A stretch of 64,000 nt of DNA from Longimicrobiales bacterium (GTDB lineage Bacteria > Gemmatimonadota > Gemmatimonadetes > Longimicrobiales > Gaopeijiaceae): the NCBI GenBank assembly GCA_041690395.1, contig JAWLHJ010000006.1, positions 70,530 to 134,529 of the forward strand. The letters are read 5' to 3'. This document shows positions 27,142-37,928 of the stretch, in pieces. The first letter of the stretch is position 1, and each line of letters opens with the position of its first letter. The notes below the pieces were generated by a model, which was not told the origin of the DNA, made no database searches, and saw only the letters and a program-made list of their open reading frames with translations. Made by a program: the position numbers and the translations under genes.

Positions 27142-27933
27142 ATGGATCTGGGTATTCGGGGCCGAGTCGCCGTCGTATGCGGGTCGAGCCAGGGGCTGGG
27201 TCGGGCCGTGGCCGAGACGCTGGCGGAGGAGGGAGCGCGCGTCGTCGTGAACTCCCGCTCGCCGGAGAAGCTGGCGGCCACCCGCAAGGCCATCGCCGAC
27301 GCGACCGGCGCCGAGGTGGAGGCGGTCGCGGCCAACCTGACCGATCCGGAAGCCGTCACGGCCCTCATCGAGGGTGCGGAGAAGGCGTTCGGGCAGGTCG
27401 ACATCCTGGTGACGAACACCGGCGGCCCGCCGTCCGGCCCGTTCGAGTCGCACACGGCGGAGGTGTGGCGCGAGGCCATCGAACGGAACTTCGAGAGCGT
27501 CGTGAACCTCGTGCGCGCCACGCTCCCCGGCATGAAGGAGCGCCGCTGGGGCCGCATCCTGAACGTCACTTCGATCTCGGTGAAGCAGCCGGTCGCGGGA
27601 CTCATCCTCTCGAACTCCATACGGGCCGGCGTCACCGGCTTCGCGCGCACGATCGCGAACGAGGCCGCACCGTTCGGCGTGACGGTGAACAACATCCTCC
27701 CCGGATTCACGCGCACCGAGAGGTTGGTCGATCTGGCCGAGGCGATCTCGAAGCGTGAGGGTGGGAGCGTGCAGGACGCCTACGCCGGGTGGGAGTCGGA
27801 GATTCCGATGGGGCGCGTGGGTGAGCCCCACGAATTCGCGGCGCTGGCCGCGTTTCTCTGCTCCGAGAAGGCGGCGTACATCACGGGCCAGTCCGTCGCG
27901 GTCGACGGCGGCTGGATCAAGGGACTCATCTGA
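27142..27933 (+). CDS. Short-chain dehydrogenase/reductase
   Basis: GSSQGLG, DILVTNTGGP, SNSIRAG, ITGQSVAVDGG. Confidence 0.9.
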   Translation: MDLGIRGRVAVVCGSSQGLGRAVAETLAEEGARVVVNSRSPEKLAATRKAIADATGAEVEAVAANLTDPEAVTALIEGAEKAFGQVDILVTNTGGPPSGPFESHTAEVWREAIERNFESVVNLVRATLPGMKERRWGRILNVTSISVKQPVAGLILSNSIRAGVTGFARTIANEAAPFGVTVNNILPGFTRTERLVDLAEAISKREGGSVQDAYAGWESEIPMGRVGEPHEFAALAAFLCSEKAAYITGQSVAVDGGWIKGLI

Positions 27934-27979
27934 CGCCTCCGCTCCGGCGGCGTCGCGACTCAACAAGGACAGCTACGAC

Positions 27980-28912
27980 ATGGGCGCTGTGGCCTTCCAG
28001 GAAGCCGACTGGATCTGGAAAGACGGGGACTTCATTCCCTGGCGGGACGCCAACCTCCACCTCTTCTCGACCGCGGTGCAGTTCGGCACGTCCGTCTTCG
28101 AGGGGATGCGGGCGTACGAGACGGCTCGCGGGCCGGCCATCTTCCGGCTCGACGCGCACCTGCGGCGCCTGTTCGACTCGGCGAAGATCTACCGGATGAC
28201 ACCGGAGGTCACCACCGAGACCATCGCACAGGCGAGCAAGGACGTCCTGACGAAGAACGGCCTCAAGAGCGCCTACATCCGGCCCATGATCCTACGCGGG
28301 TACGGAGCGCCGGGGCTGAACCCGTTCGGGAGCCCCATCGAGGTGTACGTCGGCGCCTGGGCGTGGGGGACGTACCTGGGCGCCGACGCGCTCGAACAGG
28401 GGATCGACGTGTGCGTCTCCTCCTGGCAGCGCGCCATGCCGAACACCTACCCGCAGCGCGCGAAGGCCGGCGGACACTACGTGAACGCCCAGCTCATGAA
28501 GATGGAGGCGATCCAGAACGGATACGCCGACGCGATCGCGCTCGGGCCGGGTGGGCTGGTGAGCGAGGGGAGCGGCATGAACGTCTTCCTCGTGAGGAAC
28601 GGCGTCCTGATCTCGCCGTTCCTCGACGGAACCTCGCTCGAAGGAATCACGCGCAACGCGATCCTCACCATGGCGCGCGACCTGGGGATCGAGACGCGCG
28701 AGCAGCAGGTTCCGCGCGAGAGCCTCTACACCGCCGACGAGATCTTCTTCACCGGTACCGCCGCGGAGGTCACGCCGGTGCGGAGCGTCGACCGCATCCA
28801 GGTGGGCGCCGGCCAGGCGGGCCCGGTGACGCTGGCCCTCCAGAAGCGATTCCTGGAAACAGTCCGAGGTGAGAACGACGACCCGCACGGCTGGTTGACG
28901 TACGTCGACTGA
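27980..28912 (+). CDS. ilvE: Branched-chain amino acid aminotransferase
   Basis: VFEGMRAY, YIRP, AKAGGHY, SEGSGMN, LEGITR, ADEIFFTGTAAEVTPV. Confidence 0.93.
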   Translation: MGAVAFQEADWIWKDGDFIPWRDANLHLFSTAVQFGTSVFEGMRAYETARGPAIFRLDAHLRRLFDSAKIYRMTPEVTTETIAQASKDVLTKNGLKSAYIRPMILRGYGAPGLNPFGSPIEVYVGAWAWGTYLGADALEQGIDVCVSSWQRAMPNTYPQRAKAGGHYVNAQLMKMEAIQNGYADAIALGPGGLVSEGSGMNVFLVRNGVLISPFLDGTSLEGITRNAILTMARDLGIETREQQVPRESLYTADEIFFTGTAAEVTPVRSVDRIQVGAGQAGPVTLALQKRFLETVRGENDDPHGWLTYVD

Positions 28913-28967
28913 TCTCGACGGGCGGCGGGGCACCATCCCGCCACGGGCCCGGACCGCGCGGAAGCGC

Positions 28968-29001
28968 GAAGGGGCGGGGCGCTCGAGCGCCCCGCCCCTT
29001 C
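28968..29001. terminator. Bidirectional hairpin between ilvE and ccmH
   Basis: GAAGGGGCGGGGCGC-TCGA-GCGCCCCGCCCCTTC. Confidence 0.7.
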
Positions 29002-29028
29002 TTCGTGACCCGATGTCTCGCCGCGGTC

Positions 29029-29625
29029 CTACCAGTCGGGCGACTCCTCGTCCTCGAGCTTCCGGAGCGCCGCGCGGAGGCGTGCCTCGTCGTGCTCGTC
29101 GACCTGGGTGACGCCCGCGTAACGCTCGCGACCGTTCGAACCGTTCCGGATGAGGAGGCCGACGAGCATGCCGATCGTCAGGATGCCGGCCGCCGGAAGG
29201 AAATACCCCACCAGGTTGAAGCCCTCACGGGGCGGCGCCATCAGCACCCGCCCGCCGAAATCGGCCACGAAGCTCGCCTGGATGGCCTCGACGCTCTCGC
29301 CCCGCTCGAGCGCTTCACGAATCCGGATGGACCACACCGGCGACGTGCCGCATTGCATCTGGAACTGGCAGGAATGCACGTCCAGGCCGCACCCGCAGTC
29401 GCACTTGAGGGCGGTCTCGAGGATCATCAGCTTCTCGCCGATCTCACCCTCGTGATAGTGGCCGCCGACCGGGGCGTTGGGGTCGAAGCCCTGGTGCGCG
29501 GGGCCGGTGGACTGCCCGGCCGCCGGGAGGGCGGAGATCGAGAGCGCGAGCAGCGCGGTGGTGAGCGTTCTGGCCTGCATGGCGTGCTCCGTGGTGAGCA
29601 TCGGGTGGTACTCGGGTGTCTTCAT
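29029..29625 (-). CDS. Cytochrome c biogenesis protein, CcmH/CycL/NrfF-like, with atypical Cys pattern
   Basis: Signal peptide; LKCDCGC...C...C; IREALERGES...I...FVADFGGRVLMAPP..GFN...LP followed by a TM helix, matching the CcmH layout. Start could be 29580. Confidence 0.75.
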   Translation of the reverse strand: MKTPEYHPMLTTEHAMQARTLTTALLALSISALPAAGQSTGPAHQGFDPNAPVGGHYHEGEIGEKLMILETALKCDCGCGLDVHSCQFQMQCGTSPVWSIRIREALERGESVEAIQASFVADFGGRVLMAPPREGFNLVGYFLPAAGILTIGMLVGLLIRNGSNGRERYAGVTQVDEHDEARLRAALRKLEDEESPDW

Positions 29626-29750
29626 GGCTACGAGGTAAGATAACCAGCACCGGCGTGTACGTTCCGATTGCCTCGGCGGCCGGCTCGGGTTACTTCATTG
29701 CCTCCCGAATGCTCAACCGAACCGTTACGGACACTAGACTGGGACGCGAC

Positions 29751-30893
29751 ATGACGATCAAGCGACGCGACTTCCTGAAGAAGGCCGGGGCCGGCGCCGC
29801 CGGCGTGGCAGCGCTGGGCGCCTGCGGTGGCGGCGAGACCGGCGCCGTAGCCAGTGGCGAGGCCGTCCAGGGGCCACAGGTCAACTGGCGGCTGGCGACC
29901 AGCTTCCCGCCCAGCCTGGACATCCTCCACGGCGCGGGCGTCCGGATCGCGGAGCGGATCTCCGAGCTGACCGGTGGGAACTTCACGATCCGCGTGTACG
30001 CGGCCGGTGAGGTCGTCCCGGCGCTCCAGGTCATGGACGCGGTCATGCAGGGCACGGTCCAGTGCGGCGTCTCCCCGGGGTACTACTACACGGGCAAGAA
30101 CCCCGCGCTCGCGTTCGACACCGCGATCCCGTTCGGACTGACCTCCGAGCAGCAGTACTCCTGGCTCATGGCCGGGGGCGGGCTCGAGCTGCTCAACGAG
30201 ATCTACGCCCAGTTCGGCGTGATCATGTTCCCGGCCAACTCCACCGGCGGGCAGATGGGGGGTTGGTTCCGCGAGCCCGTGAACAGCCTCTCCGAGCTCA
30301 ACGGCCTCCGCTTCCGGATCCCCGGCATCGGCGGCGAGATCATGTCGCGCCTCGGCGCCACCGTGCAGGTGCTCGGCGCGTCCGAGATCTATCCGGCCCT
30401 CGAGCGCGGCGCCATCGACGCGACGGAGTGGGTCGGCCCGTACGACGACGAGAAGCTGGGCTTCTACCAGGTGGCCAAGAACTACTACTACCCCGGTTGG
30501 TGGGAGGGCGGCGTCACCATGGGGCTGCTCATCAGCCAGCGCCACTACGACGAGCTGCCGCCGCACTATCAGCACATCCTGCGCGCCGTATGCGCCGAGA
30601 CCTACGCCGACCGGCTGGCGCGATACGGGCACGCGAACCCGCTGGCGCTGCAGCGCCTCGTCACCGAGCACGGCGTGACACTCCGGCAGTTCCCGCAGGA
30701 GATCATGGACGCGGGCTGGGATGCCTCGAACGACTATCTCGAGGAGCAGGCCGCGGCGAGCGAGTCCTTCCGACGTGTCTACGACTCGTACCGCGCGTTC
30801 CGGGAGCTCGCCTTCCAGTACGGCGCGGGGAACCAGCTCACCTACGAGCAGAACACGTTCACCCGCATCGGCAGCCCGCAGATGACCGGCTGA
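29751..30893 (+). CDS. dctP: TRAP transporter substrate-binding protein (DctP/TakP-like), Tat lipoprotein
   Basis: KRRDFLK Tat motif, LGAC lipobox, QMGGWF, RIPG, ALERGAIDATEWVGPYDD, YYYPGWWE. Confidence 0.9.
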   Translation: MTIKRRDFLKKAGAGAAGVAALGACGGGETGAVASGEAVQGPQVNWRLATSFPPSLDILHGAGVRIAERISELTGGNFTIRVYAAGEVVPALQVMDAVMQGTVQCGVSPGYYYTGKNPALAFDTAIPFGLTSEQQYSWLMAGGGLELLNEIYAQFGVIMFPANSTGGQMGGWFREPVNSLSELNGLRFRIPGIGGEIMSRLGATVQVLGASEIYPALERGAIDATEWVGPYDDEKLGFYQVAKNYYYPGWWEGGVTMGLLISQRHYDELPPHYQHILRAVCAETYADRLARYGHANPLALQRLVTEHGVTLRQFPQEIMDAGWDASNDYLEEQAAASESFRRVYDSYRAFRELAFQYGAGNQLTYEQNTFTRIGSPQMTG

Positions 30894-30919
30894 CGCTCGT
30901 CGTCGAGCAGGTGGGCGAG

Positions 30920-30960
30920 CGGCCCCTCGGATCTCCGCGATCCGAGGGGCCGTTTCCGTT
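30920..30960 (+). terminator. Rho-independent terminator after dctP
   Basis: CGGCCCCTCGGATC...GATCCGAGGGGCCG followed by TTTCCGTT. Confidence 0.7.
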
Positions 30961-31016
30961 CTCCGCGCGGTCGCGGTCCGCTCGCCCCGAAGCCAGGTTC
31001 GGGCCGACCCCGCCCG

Positions 31017-31640
31017 TCAGGGTGAGTCGATCTCGAGCGCCCTGTAGCAGTACCACGCCGCCGCGCTCCGCCAGGGACGCAGGCGCTCGCCGAGCGGCTC
31101 GAGCTCGCGCGCGGTCGGCGGGTCCTCGAGTCCGTGGATGCGGGCGTACCCCTGCCGCACCCCCAGATCGCCGGTCGGCCAGACATCCGCCCGCCGGAGC
31201 CTGAAGATCAGGAACATCTGCGCGGTCCAGACGCCGATCCCCCGCACGAGCGTCAGCCGCTCGACGACCTCGTCGTCGGGTAGCCGATCCAGGTCGTCGA
31301 GCCGAACGTCGCCGACCGACACCTTCGTCGCCAGATCCCGGATCGCGGCGAGCTTGGCCGCCGACAGCCCCGCGCCACGGAGGTCGGACTCCGACGCCTC
31401 GAGAACCGTCTCGGGGCGCACCTCGCCTTCGAGCGCATCGACCACGCGACCGTGGATCGTGGCGGCCGCCGCGCCGGCCAGCTGCTGGTAGCAGATGGCC
31501 CGGGTCAGGTAGGCGAAAGGAGGATCGTCCCGGCGAGGGACACGGACCGCGCCGATCCGCTCGACCCACGGCCCGAACCTCGGGTCACGCGAGAGCGCGT
31601 CGGCCGCGAGGCGGGGGCGCAGCAGGGCGGGACGGGCCAT
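31017..31640 (-). CDS. alkA: DNA-3-methyladenine glycosylase II (AlkA/HhH-GPD family)
   Basis: ICYQQL, HhH motif LTLVRGIGVWTA, DVWPTGDLG, PWRSAAAWY. Confidence 0.85.
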   Translation of the reverse strand: MARPALLRPRLAADALSRDPRFGPWVERIGAVRVPRRDDPPFAYLTRAICYQQLAGAAAATIHGRVVDALEGEVRPETVLEASESDLRGAGLSAAKLAAIRDLATKVSVGDVRLDDLDRLPDDEVVERLTLVRGIGVWTAQMFLIFRLRRADVWPTGDLGVRQGYARIHGLEDPPTARELEPLGERLRPWRSAAAWYCYRALEIDSP

Positions 31641-31714
31641 GACCCGTCAGGACGGAGACGACGGCCGGGCAGGAGGCGCGCAGCACCCCCACCCGGCCGG
31701 CCTCCGCAGCAGGG

Positions 31715-33019
31715 TCACGGCGTCGGCAGCGCGATGTAGCCGAGGAACGCCAGCACGACGACCTGGATGGCGATGAACGGGATCGCGCCCTTGTAGATGG
31801 ACGTCGTCTCGATCTCCCTGGGTGTCACGCCACGCAGGTAGAACAGACTGAATCCGAACGGAGGCGTCAGGAACGATGTCTGCAGGTTGACCGCCAGCAG
31901 GATGCCGAGAGCCGTCAGGTCCACGCCCAGCACGATGGCCGGCGGCACGATGAGCGGCACGATGATGAAGGCGATCTCGAAGAAGTCGATGAAGAACCCG
32001 AGGAAGAACACCACCAGGTTCACGACGATGAGGAAGCCGAGCGCTCCTCCCGGGATGCCGGTCAGGGTGTGCTCGATCCAGATGTCGCCGTCGAAACCGC
32101 GGAACACGAGCGCGAAGGCGGTGGAGCCTATGAGAAGGAAGACGACCATGATGGTCAGCCTGCTGGTCTCCTCCATGGCCGACGTGAGCGTCTTCATGTT
32201 CAGCTGCCGATTCATGGCGGCGAGCACCATGGCCCCGACGGCGCCCAGCGCGCCGGCCTCCGTGGGCGTGGCCACGCCAGCGAAGATGCTCCCGAGCACC
32301 ACGACGATCAGTGAGAGCGGCGGCAACAGCGAGAGGATCACCTGCTTCACGAGCGCCATGCCCGTCGTGCGCATCTCCGGCGGAAGCGCCGGAGCGACGT
32401 CCTTGTCGAAGAACGCGAGGACGAGGACATAGAGCGCGTAAAGACCGGTGAGCACGAGGCCGGGCACGAGCGCCGCGCGGAACAGGTCCCCGACGCTGAC
32501 GCCCATCTGGTCGCCCAGCACGATCAGCACGATCGACGGCGGGATGATCTGCCCGAGCGTGCCGGACGCCGAGATCACGCCGAGGCTGAGCTCCTTGTTG
32601 TACCCGTTGCGGAGCATGACCGGCAGGGAGATGAGCCCCATCGCCGTGACGCTCGCCCCGACCACGCCGGTGGCGGCCGCCAGGAGGGCACCGACGATCA
32701 CCACGCCGACGGCGAGGCCGCCGCGGAAGCGGCCGAACAACGCCCCGATGGTCTCGAGGAGCTGCTCCGCCAGCTTGCTCTTCTCCAGCACCGTGCCCAT
32801 GAAGATGAAGAAAGGCACCGCGAGGAGCGTGTAGTTCGACATCGTCCCGAACGTCCGCTCCGGCATCGCGAAGAGGAAGAACAGGTCGAAGACACCGACG
32901 AAGTGACCGATCAACGCGAACATGAGCGCCGATCCCCCCAGGACGAACGCCACCGGGTATCCGGTGAAGATCAGCCCCAGGGTCACGAAGAACATGGCCG
33001 GACCCCAGAGGTCGCTCAT
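31715..33019 (-). CDS. dctM: TRAP transporter large permease
   Basis: LLAVPFFIFMG, SGTLGQIIPPS, ATPTEAG, SFLTPPFG; many TM helices. Confidence 0.93.
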   Translation of the reverse strand: MSDLWGPAMFFVTLGLIFTGYPVAFVLGGSALMFALIGHFVGVFDLFFLFAMPERTFGTMSNYTLLAVPFFIFMGTVLEKSKLAEQLLETIGALFGRFRGGLAVGVVIVGALLAAATGVVGASVTAMGLISLPVMLRNGYNKELSLGVISASGTLGQIIPPSIVLIVLGDQMGVSVGDLFRAALVPGLVLTGLYALYVLVLAFFDKDVAPALPPEMRTTGMALVKQVILSLLPPLSLIVVVLGSIFAGVATPTEAGALGAVGAMVLAAMNRQLNMKTLTSAMEETSRLTIMVVFLLIGSTAFALVFRGFDGDIWIEHTLTGIPGGALGFLIVVNLVVFFLGFFIDFFEIAFIIVPLIVPPAIVLGVDLTALGILLAVNLQTSFLTPPFGFSLFYLRGVTPREIETTSIYKGAIPFIAIQVVVLAFLGYIALPTP

Positions 33020-33639
33020 GCGCGGCTTCCCTCGGCGGAGTCGTCGATGGGGGCGGCGGTGGCCTCGACTTCCGGCATCGGCCGGTGGCTGCCGTCGTAC
33101 GGCTCCATGGTCCCGCGCATGATCCCTACCTGCTTGATGATGTGGCTGAAGGCCTGGAGTATCAGCAGACCGAAGGAGACCAGGATGAGCGCCTTGATCG
33201 GATACCGTGGCAGCCCGCCCGGATCCGGCGACATCTCACGCACGGACCAGGAGTTCATCACGGGCGACCAGGAGACCCAGAGCATGAGAACGCAGAACGG
33301 CACGAGGTAGAGGACCGTCCCGACCAGGTCGATGATGGCGCGGGTCTTGTCGGTGTAGCGCGAGAACATGACGTCCACGCGCACATGCACGTCCTTGTTG
33401 AGCCCGTACGCCGCTCCCAGCAGGAAGATCACGCTGAAGGCGTACCACTGGCCTTCGACGAGAGGCGTCAGGTTCATGGACAGGCCGAGACCCCGGGAGT
33501 AGTACCGCAGCACCGCGCCGATGGCCCCGATGAGGACCATCACCAGCGTGAGCCAGCGGATCGTGACTCCGATCGCGTCGTTGAGGCCGTCGATGGCGGC
33601 GCTCATCCTTTTCAGAATTTGCATGCGCAGATTTTGCAT
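33016..33639 (-). CDS. dctQ: TRAP transporter small permease
   Basis: Four TM helices, HVRVD motif, EMSPDPGGLP; start may be 33624. Confidence 0.88.
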   Translation of the reverse strand: MQNLRMQILKRMSAAIDGLNDAIGVTIRWLTLVMVLIGAIGAVLRYYSRGLGLSMNLTPLVEGQWYAFSVIFLLGAAYGLNKDVHVRVDVMFSRYTDKTRAIIDLVGTVLYLVPFCVLMLWVSWSPVMNSWSVREMSPDPGGLPRYPIKALILVSFGLLILQAFSHIIKQVGIMRGTMEPYDGSHRPMPEVEATAAPIDDSAEGSRA

Positions 33640-33670
33640 AAGGAGGGCGTCCGAGGCAACGGAAGCCGGG

Positions 33671-34540
33671 TCAGATTAGATATCCGCCATCCACCGGAAC
33701 GACCGCCCCGGTGACGTGGCGAGCGCCTTCGGAGCAGAGGAACACCACCACGTCGGCCACGTCCTGCGGGTCGCCGAGACGCCCCAGCACGGACTGCTCC
33801 CGAGCACGGTCGAGGTTCTCCGAGGGGATGCCCTCGGTGAGCCGCGTCGTCCGGATGTAGCCAGGAGCGACGGCGTTGACGTTGACGTTCTTCGGCCCGA
33901 GCTCGACCGCCGCCGAGCGCGTCAGGCCCAGGAGCCCGGCCTTGGAGGCCGAGTAGTTCGCGATGCCGAAGTCTCCCCGCATTCCGTGCACCGACGAGAC
34001 GTTGACGATCTTGCCGTACTCCTGAGCGCGGAAGATCGGCGCCACGGCGCGCGTGAAGAAGAAGGCGCCGTCGAGGTTGGTCCGGACCACCGCCTCCCAC
34101 TCGTGGTCCTGCATGTGCCAGAGCGCCCGGTCGCGGCCCACCCCGGCGTTGTTGACCAGGATGTGGACGCCTCCGAGCTCCACGTGCGCCTCCGATACGA
34201 ACTCGGCCACCTCGCGGGACTCGCGGACGTCGCAGTTGCGGAAGAAGACGCGGACCTCGAGCTCCCGGAGGGTGCGCGCCACGTCCTGCGCCTCGAGGCG
34301 CGAGACGGATCCGGTGTCCAGGAAGCAGAAGGCGACATGCACGCCGCGGCGGGCGAATGCGGTCGCGATCGCGCGGCCGATTCCGGACGATCCCCCGGTG
34401 ACGATCGCAACGCGTCCCCTCAAGCCGTCGGATGCGTACGCGGGCTGCGTCTGCGGGTCCCCGACTTCGTCGATGAGGGCCTCGACCGCGTCGTTGATCC
34501 GGGTGTCGTGGTCCGTGGTGGTGGTCTGGCGTTCGCTCAT
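33671..34540 (-). CDS. FabG-like short-chain dehydrogenase/reductase
   Basis: TGGSSGIG, NNAG, YSASK, VAPGYI, VDGG. Confidence 0.9.
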   Translation of the reverse strand: MSERQTTTTDHDTRINDAVEALIDEVGDPQTQPAYASDGLRGRVAIVTGGSSGIGRAIATAFARRGVHVAFCFLDTGSVSRLEAQDVARTLRELEVRVFFRNCDVRESREVAEFVSEAHVELGGVHILVNNAGVGRDRALWHMQDHEWEAVVRTNLDGAFFFTRAVAPIFRAQEYGKIVNVSSVHGMRGDFGIANYSASKAGLLGLTRSAAVELGPKNVNVNAVAPGYIRTTRLTEGIPSENLDRAREQSVLGRLGDPQDVADVVVFLCSEGARHVTGAVVPVDGGYLI

Positions 34541-34577
34541 GGGCAGAGAGGCTACCCCGGAAGCGGGAACGGCGCAA

Positions 34578-35294
34578 TCAGCCGTCCAGCGCGTCGTCCT
34601 CGTCGACGGGCCCGTGACTTCCCTCGGCCCCGTGCTTGATGGTCCGCCCCTCGACCAGGAAGACCACGTCCTCGGCGAGGTTGGTGGCCAGGTCGCCGAT
34701 GCGCTCCAGGTTCTGGGAGATCAACAGCAGCTCGAGCGCGCCCGACAGCCGCTTGGGATCCTCGAGCATGTGGGTCACCAGAATCCGGAACATGGAGCGC
34801 CTGAGGTCGTCGACCTTGTCGTCGGTGATGCAGACGAGACGCGCGGTTCCGGTGTTGCGCGCGACGTACGCCGCGAGGGCGTCCGACACCATCTCGCGGG
34901 TCACCTCGATCATCTCGGCGAGCTCGCGCACCTCGGGCACCGGCGGCGTCCCCGCGAGCCGCTTGGCGGCCTTGGAGATGTTGAGCGCGTGGTCGCCCAT
35001 GCGCTCGAGGTCGTTCGACAGCTTGTTGGCCGTGATGATCCGGCGGAGGTCGGTGGCCATCGGCTGGTGGAGGGCGAGGAGCTCGACGACCCGCTCGTCG
35101 ATCTCGATCTCCAGCTCGTCGATCCGGTCGTCGGTCTTCTTGACCCACTCGACCACGCTGGGATCCCGCTCGAGCGTGGCCTTCGTGGCCGCCGCGATGA
35201 CCTCCTCGACCAACCCGGCCATCTCCATGAGACGATCCTGGAGCGCGTCGAGCTGGTCGTGGAAATGTCTCTGGCTTGCGTGCTGGGCGCTCAA
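34578..35294 (-). CDS. phoU: Phosphate signalling protein PhoU
   Basis: [37 protein letters not shown] start overlaps the pstB stop. Confidence 0.92.
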   Translation of the reverse strand: MSAQHASQRHFHDQLDALQDRLMEMAGLVEEVIAAATKATLERDPSVVEWVKKTDDRIDELEIEIDERVVELLALHQPMATDLRRIITANKLSNDLERMGDHALNISKAAKRLAGTPPVPEVRELAEMIEVTREMVSDALAAYVARNTGTARLVCITDDKVDDLRRSMFRILVTHMLEDPKRLSGALELLLISQNLERIGDLATNLAEDVVFLVEGRTIKHGAEGSHGPVDEDDALDG

Positions 35295-36073
35295 CCGAAC
35301 CTCCCCGTGATGTAAGCCTCGGTCTGCTCCTCCCGCGGATTCGTGAAGATCGTCTCCGTGGGCCCGTACTCGATGAGGTCTCCCATGTAGAGGAAGGCCG
35401 TGTAGTCCGAGATCCGGGCTGCCTGCTGCATGTTGTGGGTGACGATCACGATCGTGTAGTCCTTCTTGAGCTCGTAGATCAGCTCCTCGATGCGCTGCGT
35501 GGCGATCGGGTCGAGCGCCGAGGCGGGCTCGTCCATCAAGACCATCTCCGGCTTCACCGCCAAGGTACGGGCGATGCAGAGCCGCTGCTGCTGCCCGCCG
35601 GAGAGCGCATACGCGGAGTCGCCCAGCCTGTCGTGCACCTCCTCCCAAAGCGCGCTCTGCCGGAGCGACTCCTCCACGAGCGCGTCGAGGTCACCTTCGT
35701 AGCCGTTGATCCGCGGACCGAACGCCACGTTGTCGAAGATGCTCTTCGGGAACGGATTCGGCTTCTGGAAGACCATACCGATACGCCGCCGGACCTCGAC
35801 GGGGTCCACCTCCTCCGCGTAGAGGTTCTGACCTCGGAAGTTCACCTCACCCGACACGCGCGCGGCGGGCACGAGGTCGTTCATGCGGTTGAAGCAGCGG
35901 AGTAGCGTGCTCTTGCCGCATCCGGAGGGGCCGATGAGCGCCACCACCCGTTTGGACGGCACCACGAGCGAGACCTTCTTCACGGCCTCGTTGTCGCCGT
36001 AGTGGACGGAGACGTCCCGCGCCTCCAGCGCCGGGAGTCGGCCCTCCGTATCGATATCGTAGGTCGTGGACAT
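35291..36073 (-). CDS. pstB: Phosphate ABC transporter ATPase
   Basis: [49 protein letters not shown]. Confidence 0.96.
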   Translation of the reverse strand: MSTTYDIDTEGRLPALEARDVSVHYGDNEAVKKVSLVVPSKRVVALIGPSGCGKSTLLRCFNRMNDLVPAARVSGEVNFRGQNLYAEEVDPVEVRRRIGMVFQKPNPFPKSIFDNVAFGPRINGYEGDLDALVEESLRQSALWEEVHDRLGDSAYALSGGQQQRLCIARTLAVKPEMVLMDEPASALDPIATQRIEELIYELKKDYTIVIVTHNMQQAARISDYTAFLYMGDLIEYGPTETIFTNPREEQTEAYITGRFG

Positions 36074-36077
36074 GGTC

Positions 36078-36965
36078 TCAGCTACGTGTCTGGTATCGGT
36101 TCCGGAGGACGATGGCGATCGCGTTCATGGTGAGCAGCAGGACCAGCAGCACGACGATTCCGGCCGCGGCCAGCGCGCGGAACTCGTCCTGGGGCCGCGA
36201 CACCCAGTTGTAGATCTGGAGCGGGAGCACGGTGAATCGATCCATGGGCCCGGACGGCGTGAACGCGATGAAGCCCACCGCGCCGACCATGATGAGCGGG
36301 GCCGTCTCGCCCACGGCCCGGGAAAGCGCGAGGATCGTACCCGTCAGGATCCCGGGAAGCGCCATGGGGAGGACCTGGGTGCTGACGACCTGCCACCGTG
36401 TGGCACCGAGGCCGTACGCGGCCTCGCGGATCGTGCCGGGCACGGCCTTGATGGCCTCCTGGGCGGCCATGATGATGACCGGCATCACCAGGAGCGAAAG
36501 CGTCAGGGCCCCGGAGAGGACGCTCCGGTCGAAGCCGAGGAAACGGACGAAGAGCGCCAGTCCCAGGATGCCGTAGACGATGGAAGGCACCCCCGCCAGA
36601 TTCGCGATGTTGGTCTGGATGATGCGGGTGATCCAGTTCCGTGGAGCGTACTCCTCCAGATAGATGGCCGCCGCCACCGACATCGGGAACGAGATCAGAG
36701 CGGTCAGCACCAGGAGCCAGACCGAGCCGACCAGGGCGGCCTTGATGCCCGATCGCTCGGGAAGCCGCGAGGCGAACGACGTCAGGAAGTCGATGTCCAG
36801 CCTCGGCAGGCCGTCGAGCGCGACGTCCACCAGCAGCACCGCGAGCGAAACCACACCCACCATGGTCGCCGCGCCGCAGAGCACCGCGAAGACGGTGCCC
36901 ATCCGACGACGGCGGATGGACCTGGGGCTGGACGTGCTCATGAACGTCGGCTCGGGCGCGCTCAC
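36078..36965 (-). CDS. pstA: Phosphate ABC transporter permease
   Basis: [43 protein letters not shown] overlaps the pstC stop. Confidence 0.94.
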   Translation of the reverse strand: MSAPEPTFMSTSSPRSIRRRRMGTVFAVLCGAATMVGVVSLAVLLVDVALDGLPRLDIDFLTSFASRLPERSGIKAALVGSVWLLVLTALISFPMSVAAAIYLEEYAPRNWITRIIQTNIANLAGVPSIVYGILGLALFVRFLGFDRSVLSGALTLSLLVMPVIIMAAQEAIKAVPGTIREAAYGLGATRWQVVSTQVLPMALPGILTGTILALSRAVGETAPLIMVGAVGFIAFTPSGPMDRFTVLPLQIYNWVSRPQDEFRALAAAGIVVLLVLLLTMNAIAIVLRNRYQTRS

Positions 36966-37885
36966 TCGTACTCCTCGCGGAAGCGGGAGAGAACCCACTG
37001 GCTGAGGATGTTCATGGCCAGCGTGATCAGGAAGAGCGTCATGCCGACGGCGAAGAGGGTCTGGTAGACCACGGTTCCCCGCGGGGTGTCGCCCAGTGAA
37101 GCCTGTACGATGTAGGCGGTCATCGTCTGAATCGATTCGAACGGGTTCAGCGTCATGTTCGGCAGGTTACCCGCTGCGATGGTCACGGCCATCGTTTCAC
37201 CGATCGCCCGGGACACGGCCAGGATGAACGACGCGAAGATCCCGGACAGCGCGGCCGGCACGACCACGCGCGTCGCTACCTCGAGACGGGTCGCGCCGAG
37301 ACCGTAGGCCCCCTCCCGGAGCGCGTTGGGAACGGCCCGGAGTGCGTCTTCCGACAGCGAGGAGACGGTCGGGATGATCATGATCCCCACGACGATGCTC
37401 GCCGACGCCGCATTGAAGACGTCGGTCTCCGGGAAGAACGTCCTGATGACCGGAGTCACGAAGGTGAGCGCGAAGTACCCGTAGACGACGGTGGGAATCC
37501 CGGCGAGGATCTCGAGGACCGGCTTCAGGGTCTTCCGAAGACCCTGGCTCGCGTATTCGCTCAGGAAGATCGCGGTAAGCAGGCCGACCGGGAGCGCGAT
37601 CAGCGCCGCGCCCCCGGCCACCATGAACGAGCCGGCCAACAGCGGAAGCACGCCGAAGTGCTTCTCGAGGAACATGGGCTCCCACCGCGTGCCGGTGAAG
37701 AACTCCACGATCGAGACCTGCGAGAAGAAGTTCACGGTCTCACCGAGGAGCACGGCCACCACGCCGACCGTGACCAGCGTCGAGACCGCGGCGCACGCGA
37801 ACAGGCCGGCACCGATGACCCGCTCCTTGACGTTGCGGCTACGGCGGAAGCTGAGCGTCGCTCCCTCCTGACTCACCTGTTCCAC
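36962..37885 (-). CDS. pstC: Phosphate ABC transporter permease
   Basis: [27 protein letters not shown]; start uncertain (GTG 37885 or 37876). Confidence 0.93.
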   Translation of the reverse strand: MEQVSQEGATLSFRRSRNVKERVIGAGLFACAAVSTLVTVGVVAVLLGETVNFFSQVSIVEFFTGTRWEPMFLEKHFGVLPLLAGSFMVAGGAALIALPVGLLTAIFLSEYASQGLRKTLKPVLEILAGIPTVVYGYFALTFVTPVIRTFFPETDVFNAASASIVVGIMIIPTVSSLSEDALRAVPNALREGAYGLGATRLEVATRVVVPAALSGIFASFILAVSRAIGETMAVTIAAGNLPNMTLNPFESIQTMTAYIVQASLGDTPRGTVVYQTLFAVGMTLFLITLAMNILSQWVLSRFREEYE

Positions 37886-37928
37886 GCCATCCCGCACCCG
37901 TTCGATCCCGGCCAGTAGATGCTGGAGT

